Shown here piece by piece: positions 25,005-38,880 of a stretch of 64,000 bases of DNA. Under the pieces are notes generated by a model. The model saw only the letters and a list, made by a program, of their open reading frames with translations. It did not search any database and had not been told where the DNA came from. The stretch's first letter is position 1. Every line of letters begins with the position of its first letter. The position numbers and the translations under genes are program-made. Source of the stretch: Raillietiella orientalis. Its lineage: Eukaryota. The stretch is from the NCBI GenBank assembly GCA_036172245.1, contig JAYWIR010000048.1, positions 62,001 to 126,000 of the forward strand, read 5' to 3'.

Positions 25005-28000
25005 GAATTTGCGGAAAGCACAACGTATGTTCTCGAGACGTCATCTCAAATTATTTCATCCAAACTATACGATGATAATACGATTACTGCAAGAATGAAC
25101 GACAAATTCATAAAAAAAATTAAACTTGATTATTTTTCGTAGGCTGTAAATTGAAAAATAGTTCTTATTCTCTTTTGGAATTTTCTCATTCAATCTGCTG
25201 ATATCATTTAGACATCAGCAGATTGTTCACTGAAAGTCAAGTCATTTTAACTCTAATTTGAGAATTCGCGGAATTCATTTTTGCTTGGTTCACCAAATGA
25301 AAGAAGACAAAACATCTGATCCCTTAAATGGGAGCATAAATCGAACTATTCAAAGTTGGAAACACTGCGAAAGACAATATACTGATTTATGGTTCAGAAG
25401 TCGGGAGCCTTGTGAGAAAAAGAGAAAAAAAATAACGAAAATGAAGAAAAATTCCACCTGCTATCAGTAGCAAGTGGAGCTACTTTATAAATGGCTACAG
25501 AATATTATGCAGATGAAACATGCTCTCGGAGGTTTCAGAGCACGAAGAAGCTGATTCAAAGCTCTTTAAGTTGAAGTTTATTTGAAAACTCTGTAACTAT
25601 TGCTTACTGGAAACAAAACATTTATTATCATCAGAAATTCTTTCACTTGTCATTTAGACTCTCGGTTCTGTTCTTTCACATCATCGTTTCTTTCATCGTG
25701 CACAGACGCTCAAAAGAACCTTCTATAACAAAGTGACAAGTATTTAATTCCAACTATCTCCAGTAATAGAAAGTAGGCAAAGAAAAGTCTGTGATAAATG
25801 AGGTCTGTGATAAAATGGTCACAAACAATTCTTCTAAAAGCTCTTTGATCCTTTTCTTATTTTATTTCCATTCGATCTACAAAACCGTTCCTTCTATTTT
25901 TCTGAATTTCATTGCTTGAATACAACAGCATCAATTTGCTCCACCCGCTTTCGTTGGACTGCTGGTCTTGAAACATTCCTTTTCTGAGATGATAAAAAAA
26001 GTAAAATGATAGAATACTTGAAAAGAGTGGTCTTGCTTTGTACGAAAATTCCATTTGTTTTAACACTATCCGAAACTAAGATCTGTTCCCGCAGCCGGAA
26101 AAATACGCAAAATTATCAGCACGTCATCATACACTTTGAATGTGTAATGGTGTTTAATTGGAGGAAATTTTAAGACAACAGCAACTTCTAAGATGGATGT
26201 TTTCTTATAGTTCTTAATTATTTTCTCACTGTGTATGCATGGACACTGTAGGTCCTTGTTTCTCCAGCAGTGCCAACTAACTTATGGAAGAAAAAGATAA
26301 ACTTATCATTAATATCGAATACTTTAAAATACATTTATTCGCTTCTGTAATTGTACTTCAGTGAGTCAGCAAAGTTCACACGGGAGATATGTTGTCAACC
26401 GGAGTTCTACATGCATGAAAACGAGAAAATAACGTCTACTATGTAGATAGAGAATGGGAGATCTAAGCATGCGTTGCTTTCTTTCTTTGCGAAATTTTTC
26501 TGTGGTGTGGAGGACAACATGGCTCATGTAGCGCAAATAGAACATTGGAGAAGAAAATACATCAAATATCAAAACATGCCAAAACGAGATCCAGAAATAA
26601 AGCGTATTAATCGAAGAGTTATTAGCTAGTGGAACCAAAAGTACGGGATGCTTCAATGCAATTTTCGCACACATCAGAGGAACAGACTTGCCGTAGGAAA
26701 AAAACAGTTTCACTACTATTCCAAATGTTAGTTGTAGTAAACTGAATATTTAGTAATTTAGCATCAAAAACAAAATGATGTTCACGAAACAAGAAAATGC
26801 CCTAAAAAATGATATAAAACAAAAAATACCCAATACCCAAAAACTTCAAAGCATCTAATGATAACTTTGAGAACATAGCTCTCATAGTTCTGAATGAGAA
26901 CTGTTTCACACTGCAACCATGCAGTGTTAAAGAGAACGAATTATGCTTACTTTTCGAAATTTTATAGCCTCTGTAGAGAACGAAAACAATCAATATGGAT
27001 TTTCTTTAGTAAGAACTTTACAACAAAGTTAAAGTCTCAGTAGCAGAAAAAATAGCGAGTCGATTCTTATTTTCAAAAGCTCAATATTACTGAAATCATT
27101 TCAAAATTCCATGCTTTTGTTTTATTGTTCTCATTTCTTAGATCAATACAAGTTGACTTTTTTATGTTCTTTCAATTTTTGTCTACTTCATTCGTTTATC
27201 ACTCTCCCTTGATTTGTATTTTCAATTAGAATTGCAGTAAATCAGTCAGAGTTAACAAACATTGTGGATTTCTCAATCGAAAATTTCAATTCACTGAATA
27301 CATAATCGATTTTCTTTTATCCGTATCAAGTTCTTATTACCTATTCATGAGGTTGTATCATATACCCGAAAGAAAATACAACGAGTGTTTAATTGTCTAT
27401 ATTTGTTTTAGAGTCCATTTTTCTCTCTGAAGACAATATCTGTGTGATTTTCTCAATCTTCTGTTTTAATCTTTAATTCAGCACAATTTCTTTGATTGCA
27501 TGTGGTATTCTTTTATGTCTAAAGTATTTCACATGCCTTGTGTAAAGAATCAATTTTACCAAGTCTTAGGTGCATCTTAGGTGACCTTCTTCTTCTGTCT
27601 TCAAAAAATCTCAAAAGCCTTTATCTCCTGTTTATGCATTTGTGCAGATGAACATAAAACCCAACTGTGCGTCTGTGTACATATATGTATGTATGTGTAT
27701 GGAAAATGTAGTAATTATGTTTGTGAACATCATATCCGATCACGTCGTATTTGAAGACGACTAACTTATGATTTGGGAATCGCGTGTACGCAACACGAAT
27801 ACTTAAATCTTATGAGTATTTCCACTATAAACGTGGTATTTCCATACTGTTGTGTATGTGTTATAAGGTAACGAATGAAGAGGATTTGTGCTTTGAGTTT
27901 TTGATCAAGAGACATGAATTCTCTTCAGTTGCAGATACTTTTTCTGATGTAACGACTTGTATTAATACTGATTACTACAATATTGCCTAAATGTAATTAG

Positions 28001-28408
28001 AATATTTTATTATTATTTTAAAGTAAGAACTTACAATTGTTGGAGGCTCACACTCTTACCTGTTACTGGGATATTGTTGGTCATTAGGTCTTTTATGCTA
28101 CCAAATATACAATTTTATTCCAGCATTTTCTTCATGTACATTAGAATAAAAAGAGCATCGTCTTCAAGTATTTTCGAATATATTGTTTATGAAAAAAGCA
28201 CCCATTTTAACGGATTTTGAATTGCATCTACAATGGTATGCACCTTTAAAGTTTAGTGTGGAAGGGTTTTATTTTGTGGGTGTAAATCGGATTTCTTCTA
28301 TTTAAGCATTGTTTAATTCCAAAGTACCGTAGTGTTGAATTTCCTGAGATCTCTGGAACAGGTTTCAGGAAAGGAACTGGGGTTTTTATTTTTTATTTTT
28401 CCTTTTAG

Positions 28409-31400
28409 GATATGCAAGTTGGTAAGTGTCCCTGTGATGAGTTAGCATACACAAACTGTGCTATTGTGAATCCTAAGGACTTTCATGAAAAAGTAAAGTA
28501 AGTTTTAAAAAAATGGTAATTATATAAAGTAAGTTTAGAAAAAAGAATTATGACTGAAAATATAGATTATCAACAAAGTATTCTCGCATATTTCACAAAA
28601 AAATTGGGGAGAAACCTGAATATTTATTATGAATTTATGGCGAAACAGTAATTTAAAGAATAGTATGTGAAATAATACTAAAATATAACATACAGCTTTT
28701 TGATTGAATAACCAAGTATGACTGTAGCAATGACTATTGATATTAACTGTAGCAATTACGAAGCCGTTCTTGCTCTAAAAGTAATATCAGTTTCAATTAT
28801 GTAAATAATTTTATTAAAGGGAAGTGAATTCAATTTAAATTAATTCTTAAAATAATTGAGTAAGTGGCATATACTCTGTTTTTGTTTTATTTTAGATATA
28901 TTCAGGTAGTCACAGAATGTGATCAGAAGTTTGTATTTACTGTGAAGACCCATAATGGAGTTCCGAATTCAGTTGTTGGTTTCTCGTTGCCTTTGAGAAA
29001 ATGGGCAATTTTGTCCATTAACCAAAATATTAAAGTTTATCCTTTCACTTTTGAATCTACCTCCTCATATCTCAGCAGTATTGTTCTTGAGATTGATTTT
29101 TTTCAGAAAAAGAGGTTCAGTAAACTTCTTTGTTACCATAGTTAAGTTTCATTCTGTTATCAGTGCCACATCTGAGCAATGGAATTCTGATAAAATGGCT
29201 CAGGAATTTACAAGGCAGTTTAAGGACCATGCTTTTACCATGGAACAAAATTTAGTTTTCAACTTTGAAAACAAAAAACTATTCAGCTTAATTGTAAAGG
29301 ACTTAGAAGGTTGGTTTAGTATTTGTAATTGGGATAAAAATGTTCCTTCCTAATGAATGCTGGAAACAGCAAAATTATACCGTTTTGATGCAGATAATAT
29401 GATGAAATTAATGTTGGATGAATTTTTCTATCATTTTCAAAACTGGCATGCACATAGATGATTCTTTAGGAATTGCTTTCATTAGATGATTTAGTTTTTA
29501 CAGTGTTATGCCAATTGTAATGTTACCCTGGTTCTGAGTTTCAATGCTTCATATTCATTTTAACAATTTAAGTAACAATCATGTTATAGAAAACTTTTTA
29601 TTTTATTTATGAAATCATAGTGATTTGTTGAATTCGTATATAAATAATGAATAATGATGGGTATGTGCATGCCAGGTTTTATGTATTTTCAGTTGTCAGA
29701 CAAAATGTTATTGCGAAATTACTTTTCAATTAAATTCAGAATAAATTCATAATTGTACTTCATTGAACCTAAAAGTGGTGTCATGCCTAATGTGAAATAT
29801 GAAATATGAAAATTATTTTCATATTTTCAATAAAAAATTGCTTTGGATGCTTCATTGGATGCCAGTGTTTAACATAAATTGTCTGTGTATTTATTTATGA
29901 AGTTTGGGAAAGAGTTCTAGAAAATATGAAGCTTTTATATAAATATGCTTCTCTACCTGTCTCAATCCTTCAGGTGCTTGTTTTTTGAGCTATGTGAAAT
30001 AACTACGAAAATTAGTTTGAGTTTCCATTTAAACATAAATTTGCTCAGGTATTTAGTTTTAATTTTTTGCCAGTATTTTCACTACAAAAGAAGTGTTTAA
30101 AGGAAGGAATGAAGTGTGTGCCCAGGCTACTCAGAATTTGTGTTTTTCTGTTCTTCTTAATAATACATATTTTCAATATTTATTATTAATAATAACAATA
30201 CATAATTAATATACATTTAAAAATATGTGTTATTAGGGTACACTCTTTGAATGACAACATTTCAGGTCACATTAGAGAAAATAACTTTGATTTGCAGCTA
30301 TTTCTGTTTTCTAGAAAATCTTCAGTTTAATTTGCAGCATTGCAAACTCATAATTGAAAGGAAGTTTTTAGGTATAATTAAAAAACTACCCATAATTTCA
30401 TGATTTGCTTATGTTTGATAATTGCCTTCATTTCATGATGGGTATTTTTTGTTGGTATAAACATTTTTTAGAGCTTCATTTGTTGTCATTTGTTTAAAAG
30501 ATTCCGAGATTTATTTAATGCAAAAAAACATAATTATTGGAACGGCGTCTCAGGAATGCTTAACATAAACTGAGAGCGAAGATGAGTTAGAACCAGTTTT
30601 AGCAGTTTTAAAATATAAAAGAGATGGGATTTAAAATGACTCAGATACATTGATGTATTGAACAAAAATGTGATATCAATTTGATTGAAGGTGCAAGAAA
30701 TGCTTAATCAAAATAGTGTACATTACATGTTTTGATTTGAGGAAATGCAGCTGTAGTTAGCACTCATGAGATAATTACAAAATCAGGTTCAAGCAGTTTC
30801 ATGATTATGGCTTGAATAAGCTTCCCAAGTGGACTGTAGCAAGTATGAAGCGATCTTCTAACTATTATAATGGCTTGAAATGAAAAGATTGTTGCATCTC
30901 AGAAACACCCGCTATGCTATGTGAAATTATAAGTGATAGATGTATTTGTTTGCACTCATTCAGTCTTTGAAATTTTTCATAAAATCTATTTTTTGAGAAA
31001 TTTCATTTTGGCTTTTATTGATGCTTAGCAGTAAGTTTATGATCACCACCAGAAAAGAATAAGATATAGATCATTGTCTTGGTTTAATTATTCAGACATG
31101 GAGGTAATGTAAAAGCATGTTTTTCGTTGACTTTTTCAATTGAAACTGGAAACATTCACTTGCAGGAGTGCCAGTAATACTTTTTTCTTAGTTGCTGATC
31201 TAAATGCTATGAAAGAAAGTGGAGAAATCAAGCTACATAAGACTTTAATGGGCATTTGTCATCAGAATACACAGGTGATGTTCGAAAAAGCTGAAGCATC
31301 TACTGTGAATCTCATTGGAAAATGCAGGGGGTGAGGAACACTGCCTAAAGAATTAGTTCTGTTGCATAGTATGGTAATCTTGATGTATATAGTATTTAAT

Positions 31401-33343
31401 ATTCGTTGTAATTTATTTCAATCTCTGTTATGTCAAAATTATTTAGTTTACATTACATGTTTTACCCATCAGGAGGCAGCCTCATTTGTCAATCATTAAC
31501 CCAGATTGGGATTTTCAAAAAATGGGTATTGGAGGGTTAGATAAAGAGTTCAATGCAATTTTCCGACGAGCCTTTACATCTCGTGTTTTCCCACCAGAAG
31601 TGATTCATCAATTAGGTGAAAGTGCTTTAGATATATGTGGTCTTACTAAATCATTGATATTGTAGGATGCAAACATGTTAAAGGTATACTCTTGTATGGA
31701 CCTCCTGGTACCGGAAAGACACTTATGGCAAGGCAAATTGGGAAAATGCTCAATGCTAGGGAGCCAAAAATCGTTAATGGTCCTCAAATTTTAGACAAAT
31801 ATGTTGGTGAATCAGAGGCGAATATTCGACGACTTTTTGCAGATGCTGAAGAGGAAGAAAAAAGAGTTGGTGTATACATGGCTGCTCTTATGGCAATTTG
31901 AATTTATGTTTTAGTCAGGATCTCACAGTGGTTTGCATATTATTATCTTTGATGAAATTGATGCTATTTGTAAAACTAGAGGGTCTGTAGCAGGTAGTGC
32001 TGGTGTTAGTGACACTGTAGTCAACCAACTCTTGGCAAAAATTGATGGAGTTGAACAGCTAAACAATATATTAGTGATTGGTATGACAAATCGAAGAGAT
32101 ATGATTGACGAAGCAATATTGCGACCTGGACGTTTGGAAGTGCAAATAGAAATAGGCCTTCCCAATGAAGAGGGCCGAGTTCAAATTTTGAACATTCACA
32201 CTTCAAGAATGCGAGAGTTCGGAAAGCTTGATTCTAGTGTAGACATTCAAGAGTTGGGAGCCTTAACAAAAAATTTCAGTGGGGCGGAAATTGAGGGTTT
32301 AGTTAGAGCTGCACAGTCAACAGCATTAAATAGATTGATTAAAGCTTCTAGCAAAGTAGAAATAGATCCTCAAGCTTCAGAGAAATTGATGGTTACACGT
32401 AGTGATTTTCTTCATGCATTAGAGAACGATGTGAAACCAGTAAGTGTCATTGTTTGATATCAAGGCGTACTCACAGTGGTTTCGATACAGGCTTTTGGCA
32501 ATAGTGTTGTTGAATTAGATCGTTATTTGGAGTGTGGAATCCTCAATTGGGGTGTTCCAGTAACGCAAATACTTGATGATGGGATGATTTTCATCAAACA
32601 AGCTCAGAGTCCTGATACTTCTGGAGTTGTTAGTATCTTGCTAGAAGGGGCTCCAAATTCTGGGAAAACAGCATTGGCAGCTCAGCTTGCAAAAACGTCT
32701 GATTTTCCGTTTGTGAAAATTTGTACCCCAGAAGATATGATAGGATTCACTGAAAGTGCAAAATGTATGATGATAAGAAAGGTTTGTGAAAAGTGCTGCC
32801 CTCTGCTTCTTGGAGAAAAATTTTTCTTTAGATATTCGATGATGCATACAAATCAGTACTGAGTTGTATTTTAGTAGATAACTTGGAAAGATTATTGGAT
32901 TATGGGCCTATTGGTCCACGCTACAGCAATTTAATGTTACAAGCATTATTAGTATTGCTGAAAAAGAAAGCACCAAAAGGACGCAAATTACTTGTAATCT
33001 GCACAAGCAGTCAGAGACACTTGCTTGAGCAATTAGAAATGTTGTCAGCCTTTACAGCTGTACTACATGTTCCCAGCTTGAGTACCCCAGAACATCTTAT
33101 TAGTGTGCTTGAGGAAGGTGATATATTTAGCAGTGAACAGCTGGAATGCATACGTAAAGGAATTCAAGGAAAACGGTAAGATACCCATTGGAATAATAGC
33201 ATATGATTAGAACACTGTGCTTTAGAATCTTTGTTGGCATAAAGAAATTGTTAGCATTTGTTGATATGGCTCTCCAGATTCCAAAGGAACATCTAGTGAC
33301 CAAATTTCTCTGCAGGCTGGAAGAAGAAGGAGCTATTTATTAA
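28409..33343 (+). CDS. NSF: Vesicle-fusing ATPase NSF, multi-exon
   Basis: [18 protein letters not shown]-domain, [20 protein letters not shown]1 Walker A GPPGTGKT, Walker [17 protein letters not shown]2 GAPNSGKT, and the end IGIKKLL-like VGIKKLL...LEEEGAIY* at 33343. In-frame ATG at 28412; a tiny upstream first exon (e.g. ATG|gt at ~28233) is possible. Confidence 0.97.
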
Positions 33344-36300
33344 TTGTAGTTGAGTTAGCAGGCAGTAATAGTGCTGTTGTGCTATTGTGCAATTATCAGT
33401 TTGTAGTCACAGGTTCTTTAAACTTATATTATGTGTGTATGTTCAAAGTATAACATATGTGCATAATGTTAAAAGTTCAAATCATTAAGCATTCTTGCTG
33501 TGATTGTGTGTTGTGTTTTTCTCGGGTCATGCAGACAGTAGGACGTTGTTATTGTTTTTTTTCCCCCACCAGATTCATGACTTCAAAAATCCAATCATGA
33601 TGAATTTGGTTTTAATTGCAGATATTTTTCAATAATGCCATTCGTATATTATGTTCATCTATTGTCATGAGAGAATAGTTGGAACAACTTTATGTGGAAC
33701 TTGTGTCTAATTCAGTATGTGCATTCCATGTAGCACTCCTGTACATGTTATATTGTGTGCGTTGTTTTCTATGTAGAAATCCACTGCAATATAGTAAAAA
33801 ATGCAAACTGCCCATTCTGTGTTGCAGAATAATATTTTTATATTTAATTTAAGCAGATCCTACATTGTTTGTTATTTATAGGTATATTTTTTTTCCGTGT
33901 TTGATTCCCCCATTTTTTGTTATATGGACGTGCTTTGAACAGTTGTCGTAAGTGCAAATCGCGGAAGTGGTTTCCCGTTGTTAGGTGGAACTACTGTATC
34001 CACCGTATCCCAAAGTTATGAAACTTCGTGTTGATTATGAAGAATGCAATCATTCCATTTATCAGAATTTTCCTTCCAAAATCTGTTTCAAAGAATACAA
34101 GTTTTCCAAAGAATATAAACAATTCATATAAGTAAGTTCTTGCTTTGTTACATTGATTGTGATCTTGTTTTTGCAATCCTATTTGGTTTAAAATGTTATT
34201 ACTACATGTATATGATGATCTGCATTTACTTTATTCGAACATGTGAATTGTTCAATTCCAAATATAACCTTGAAATATACTTGTATGCTTTCTGTTGATG
34301 AATATTTCAAATAGTATCTATCGTTTAGTACTGGTGCTGATTAACCACTGTTTCGAAGCTTTGCTCTTTTCATGTGATTGCAAGCTTTTCGAAGCAACTT
34401 GTGAGGATAACGTGGCCCATTCGTGTGTATTGTAAGTATGGGTCGACTTTTCTTCTTTTCGAAAACTGGGGATCCCCGAAAGAGATCTTTCATTCGTTTT
34501 GCAAGGTCTCATGGTGGTATACTTCAATAAATCTGAGTAAATTAGTTACTTTTTCACAAAGATTACCTTCAGTTTTTCAAAGGAGGTGTTGGGATTGATA
34601 CACAACTACTCATTGGGTATGCCCCATGTATATCGTTAAGTATGAAACTTTGGTTTTCAATGATGCATTACCTCGTGAAGAAGATTAACTTAACAAGAAC
34701 GGTTAATAAAATTGACGGCGCCAAAACATTGACATTGTCAGTTATTTTTTTTTCACGTCCGCTAAACATCCATCTATCGAAAAACAATGTCACAGGTTGG
34801 TAGCATCAAGAAATCACAAAGGAAAACAACCAAAAAAGAACATTGTTCACGATACGAAAGGGAAACAGGTCTGGGGGGTGAAATGGAGGGGGGTAAGGGG
34901 TCCACAAATAGTACATGGAGGATCTGTGTCTGTCGGAGCGGTAGAGGAGGTGGGAGAGAATGGGATGTTATATCACACTGGTTTTGATCTGGTTCGCCAG
35001 CAATAGTCCCGAGCCATCTCTGCGTCTCATCTCCGTTTGGTCATGTCCACTCCCTTCGCCTGCGGTCAACAGCGGATTTCGAACGCTTCGCTGGGACGGC
35101 GGCCACACTCTTCGTCCAGTTTGGGGGTCACTGCTTATCGCACGTGGCGGGAGAACTCCAGCAGAGGGGGGAGCCGACGTGTGCGGAGGGGCGAACATCT
35201 GTCCAAAGAGATCCCACGATGCGCTTCCAGCCCTGCTGCGTCCTGAGCATTGCAGCGGCACTTGCGGAAGGGTTTTCTCTACCCCTCTGTGGTTGCATCT
35301 CTCGAGAACCCCTCCCACGGAACGCATGATGGCGTCTGTCGCTTCGGGGGGGGAGGGGGCGTAGCCCTTTGGTCAAGATGGTGGCATGCAACCAGCGAAG
35401 AACAGAAACTTCGAAATCCAACAGCCACACGAAAGTCCAACAGCTTCCGCGAGAAATCCCAAGGAAGTCGATCCTCTTCCTCTGGATCTGTGGAACGGGT
35501 TTCGTGCGCCGGTTTCATCGTCCTCCGTTGTGCGATGGACTTTGTCGGTCCCGCAGGTCGTTGACTCCTCCACTCTTCAGGGGTACTCACCTCTTCCTCT
35601 CCCCTGGTCCAGGGAGTGGCTTGTAGCACCCGTCTCGTTGTTTGTGAAGCAGGCGCGCTTTGTCCGGGATGTTCCCGAAAGAGGGCTCCCTCGAGTGGCG
35701 GGATGGCACTGTTGTTGGGGAGGGTTGGTTCCTCCGTGCAGAGACGCGTGCCCATCTGATCAAGAGAGCTGAAAGACCACGCCGACTGAATCCGTGTTTG
35801 CACGGCAGGCTGCGAGTTCCAACCCGCACCCTGACGGGGGGCTGCCAGGTTTTTCATCCGCATCTTAGATCTGGAGGAGCTGAGGAGCTCCAAGGGGCTC
35901 GGCCCATTAGACCGGCCACTTGTCGGTCTGATGAGGCGACCCAGGACCACGTAAGGGAAACAAACAAAAAAGGGCATCTGGAGAGATGAAGATGACCCGA
36001 GCTGGTGGAAATCGCTTCGAAATCCCGAACGATCAAAACCCCGAAAGATCGTAATAAAGAAATGTTTCTTATGTATATTTACATATGGATTAACATATAT
36101 TATCAAAATCATTAAAACAAGTACGTTTGCTTATTATGTATATTGATATATAATATATTCATGTATAGTTCAATGTGTAAATTTATTTTAACATACATAT
36201 TGATTAATTATTAATATTATTTTGACGTACATGTTGTTGTTATTTATTAGCATACATATTGTTGATATTATTATTAATATGTATTGATATAGTCCCAATA

Positions 36301-38069
36301 TATACACTCAAAATTGGATACATATGTGTGTTTATTATATATATAGACATATAATAAACTCGTATATTTATTTTTTATGATCGTTCGGGATCTTGATCGG
36401 CATCTGAGCTCCTGTCCTTTCGGGAAACAGGAGAGTCCTCTGTCGCCAAGGCGAGGCTGGGCACGCCACGCCCTCCCCACTCAGAAGGATCAGGTGTCCC
36501 ACGAATGGGTGCCTTCGCAAGCAAGTAACGGACCCGCTCGAGGGAATTCCCAGAGCAGACCCAGCGAGGAGTCCTTTAAGCATCCAGAAACGCTTTCACG
36601 CTGAGCATTTCGAGTCCATTTCGTTTCCCTTCCTACTCCAATAGCATGGAAATCCTGGACGCATAAATCCTGCGTCAAGGGCGAGTGATGGGGATGCACT
36701 TTTCCCATTTTCATTTGAGAGGAAGGATAGCAGGAACCGCCTACCGAGTGGGCGAGGCGTTTTTCGATGATCACTTGTCGGATGACGTCCAGTGGGCAGG
36801 ACAAAACGAAAAGGGAATGAAAATTTCAGACAGGCGGCCACTCTGTCAACTTCGAAGATGCGCCTGGAGGAGGAGCCAAGCCAGCTGGATTTGTTTCGTA
36901 ATTTTCTAGAGTATCTTCGAGTCTGTCACTTCTGGGGCAAGTTTCCCAGCATTTTGCTCGATTTCGTTTGGTGGAAAGTGCTTCAGGTACGGCGAATCCT
37001 TAACTTTTCATTCGTATTCTTATTGCTCTGGTTTATGAAATTCATCTCCGTGTTTTGGAGATGCAGATCAGCTGGCGAGCAAAAAAGTGTCCGTTAGGTT
37101 GCTATCAGCCGAAACCGCAGTAATCGACTTTTCGAAGTGCACGGCTGCAATAACCTCCGCGTTATGATCCCCTTGATCCCTTGATGTGTCGATCTGTTCC
37201 TTCCCCGGAGGATAGAGCGGGCGCGACGTCGCCGTGTCTTCTGAAAATGAAATCCAAGGCTCCTGGAAGCTTCGCGCAAGCACTTCTCACGGAATGGTCC
37301 GTTTTCCTTTTCGCTTCGAACAGAGTATGGGAAATCAGTGAAGATACGCTTTTAGAAGCTTTCGAAAGAGGTGCTGCATCCGGGAACTGAATGCATCAAA
37401 ATTCACCTTGCCGAATGGAACCGCATTCCTCGCTTACCTGCAGAGCGGTTGACGAGTCCCTCAACTGAGGCAACGACTTTGTTTCCAAATTATCAAAATC
37501 ATCCAAACAGCCCTTCCTCTCCGCAGTCCCCCAAGCGACAGGCGGAGATCTGCTGCTGCCCAAAAATGTAGTAAGAGGAAGTTTGGCTGCTTCTGCAATG
37601 CGAGAGTTTCCGATCCTGGAACGTGTGGCTTGATTACGAAGAACTATCTCTTACAGATGTCGAGAAATCCATCCTCGTGACTGCGGGGTTTCCAAGGAGG
37701 CACGCAAGGATTGCATCCTGAGCAAGTCATTCCGAAAGCACGAACGGTTGCGATGGAAATCCGGGTGCAAAGCAACTCCCAAAGTACGCGCGTCATTGAC
37801 TGCACGGAAACCAACGGACCATTTTCGGTCATTGCTTCCTATGAGGCAGCCGTCAAGTGAAGATACCCGGATTTCTGACGGAACTACACGCCCTGCTTTT
37901 CCGGAATTCCTCCCCTTTCCCCAGTCCGACCCGCGGTGGGCTGAATTTATTGAAACAAAAGACGAGCCCATCCCCATTGCAAACAACACAGCACACAACT
38001 GCACATCACGGATGCGTCCTGCGCGGGTACAACACTACACCGTCACAGTTCACGATTCGCAGGCAATGC

Positions 38070-38880
38070 AGGAGAGTCCAGGCTGGAACCCTCCCGCACG
38101 CCCGGGTATTCATCTCTCTTTTCGGCGTCCTGGAAGAATGTCTCGGGCAGTGCACCCATTTCCGGGGGTCGACTTGGTCCTTCTGACGAAGATGCTCCTC
38201 AGGATGAAAGCGACCATCATTCTCACGGTAGGGTTGTAGCGGGGGGACTCCTTCGCCTTCGAAGAGTCCTCAATTTCAAGCGTCGACATGTCCTCCATCT
38301 TTGACACCCACTCTCCAATCCCGGAAGGGGCTTCGGCAAGTATAGATGTGCAGGTCGTCTTCGATCGACCCGCACCCTGGACACCGGTCGTCGTCGGGGT
38401 TCCTGGTCCAGTGCTCCGTCCTCGTGCCTCACAGGATGCCTCGGTGGTAGAACATCAGGAGGCAATCTCGAACGTCCGGCGGCAACGAGGATCTCCACAG
38501 GAATCTCCCGAACGCCAGTGGGTCGAGTGCGGCGTTGCCCAATCTGGACCTCAGCTTTACCATCGCTTCGGATGCTGTGACGTTTTCCGCATCCTTATGC
38601 TGGTGATTTGGGGGTTCACCCTGGACCACTGAGTGCCTTGGCCTTGCCAAAGCTCAGGTGTCCTGCGGGTTATTCTCCCTTCCAGTTCGTTTGTGTAAGC
38701 GAGGACTCGTCTTGCGTGGATAACCACGCTGCTGGACGGTCGCTCGCACTCCTGCGATGCCATTATTCTGGTTTTTGTGATCCATGCTTGGGTATCCCAG
38801 GGGACGCTGATAAACAGCGGGATCACCTTGATTGGGGATCACAGAATTCGTTCTCAAAATCTCACGTTTGAACATGAATA
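38070..38880 (-). mobile_element. Family B non-LTR 3' fragment (zf-RVT)
   Basis: LWRSSLPPDVRDCLLMFYHRGIL*GTRTEHW...CPGCGSIEDDLHIYTC is homologous to the finger at ~17770-17900. Confidence 0.65.

Noticed and set aside
25250..27650. Possible minus-strand gene upstream of NSF
   Set aside because: Only short ORFs with frequent stops; no recognisable motif or consistent splice pattern.
31096..31103. ag|ACATGGAG|gt micro-exon in the NSF intron
   Set aside because: Eight nt would frameshift NSF, and the flanking exons already join in phase.
35928..35965. CTGATGA...GAAA hammerhead-like core
   Set aside because: No stem II closes between the boxes and no supporting stems I/III were found.
36370..38050. 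GC-rich block possibly from a retroelement ORF2
   Set aside because: No diagnostic APE or RT motif could be read with confidence, so it was left uncalled.
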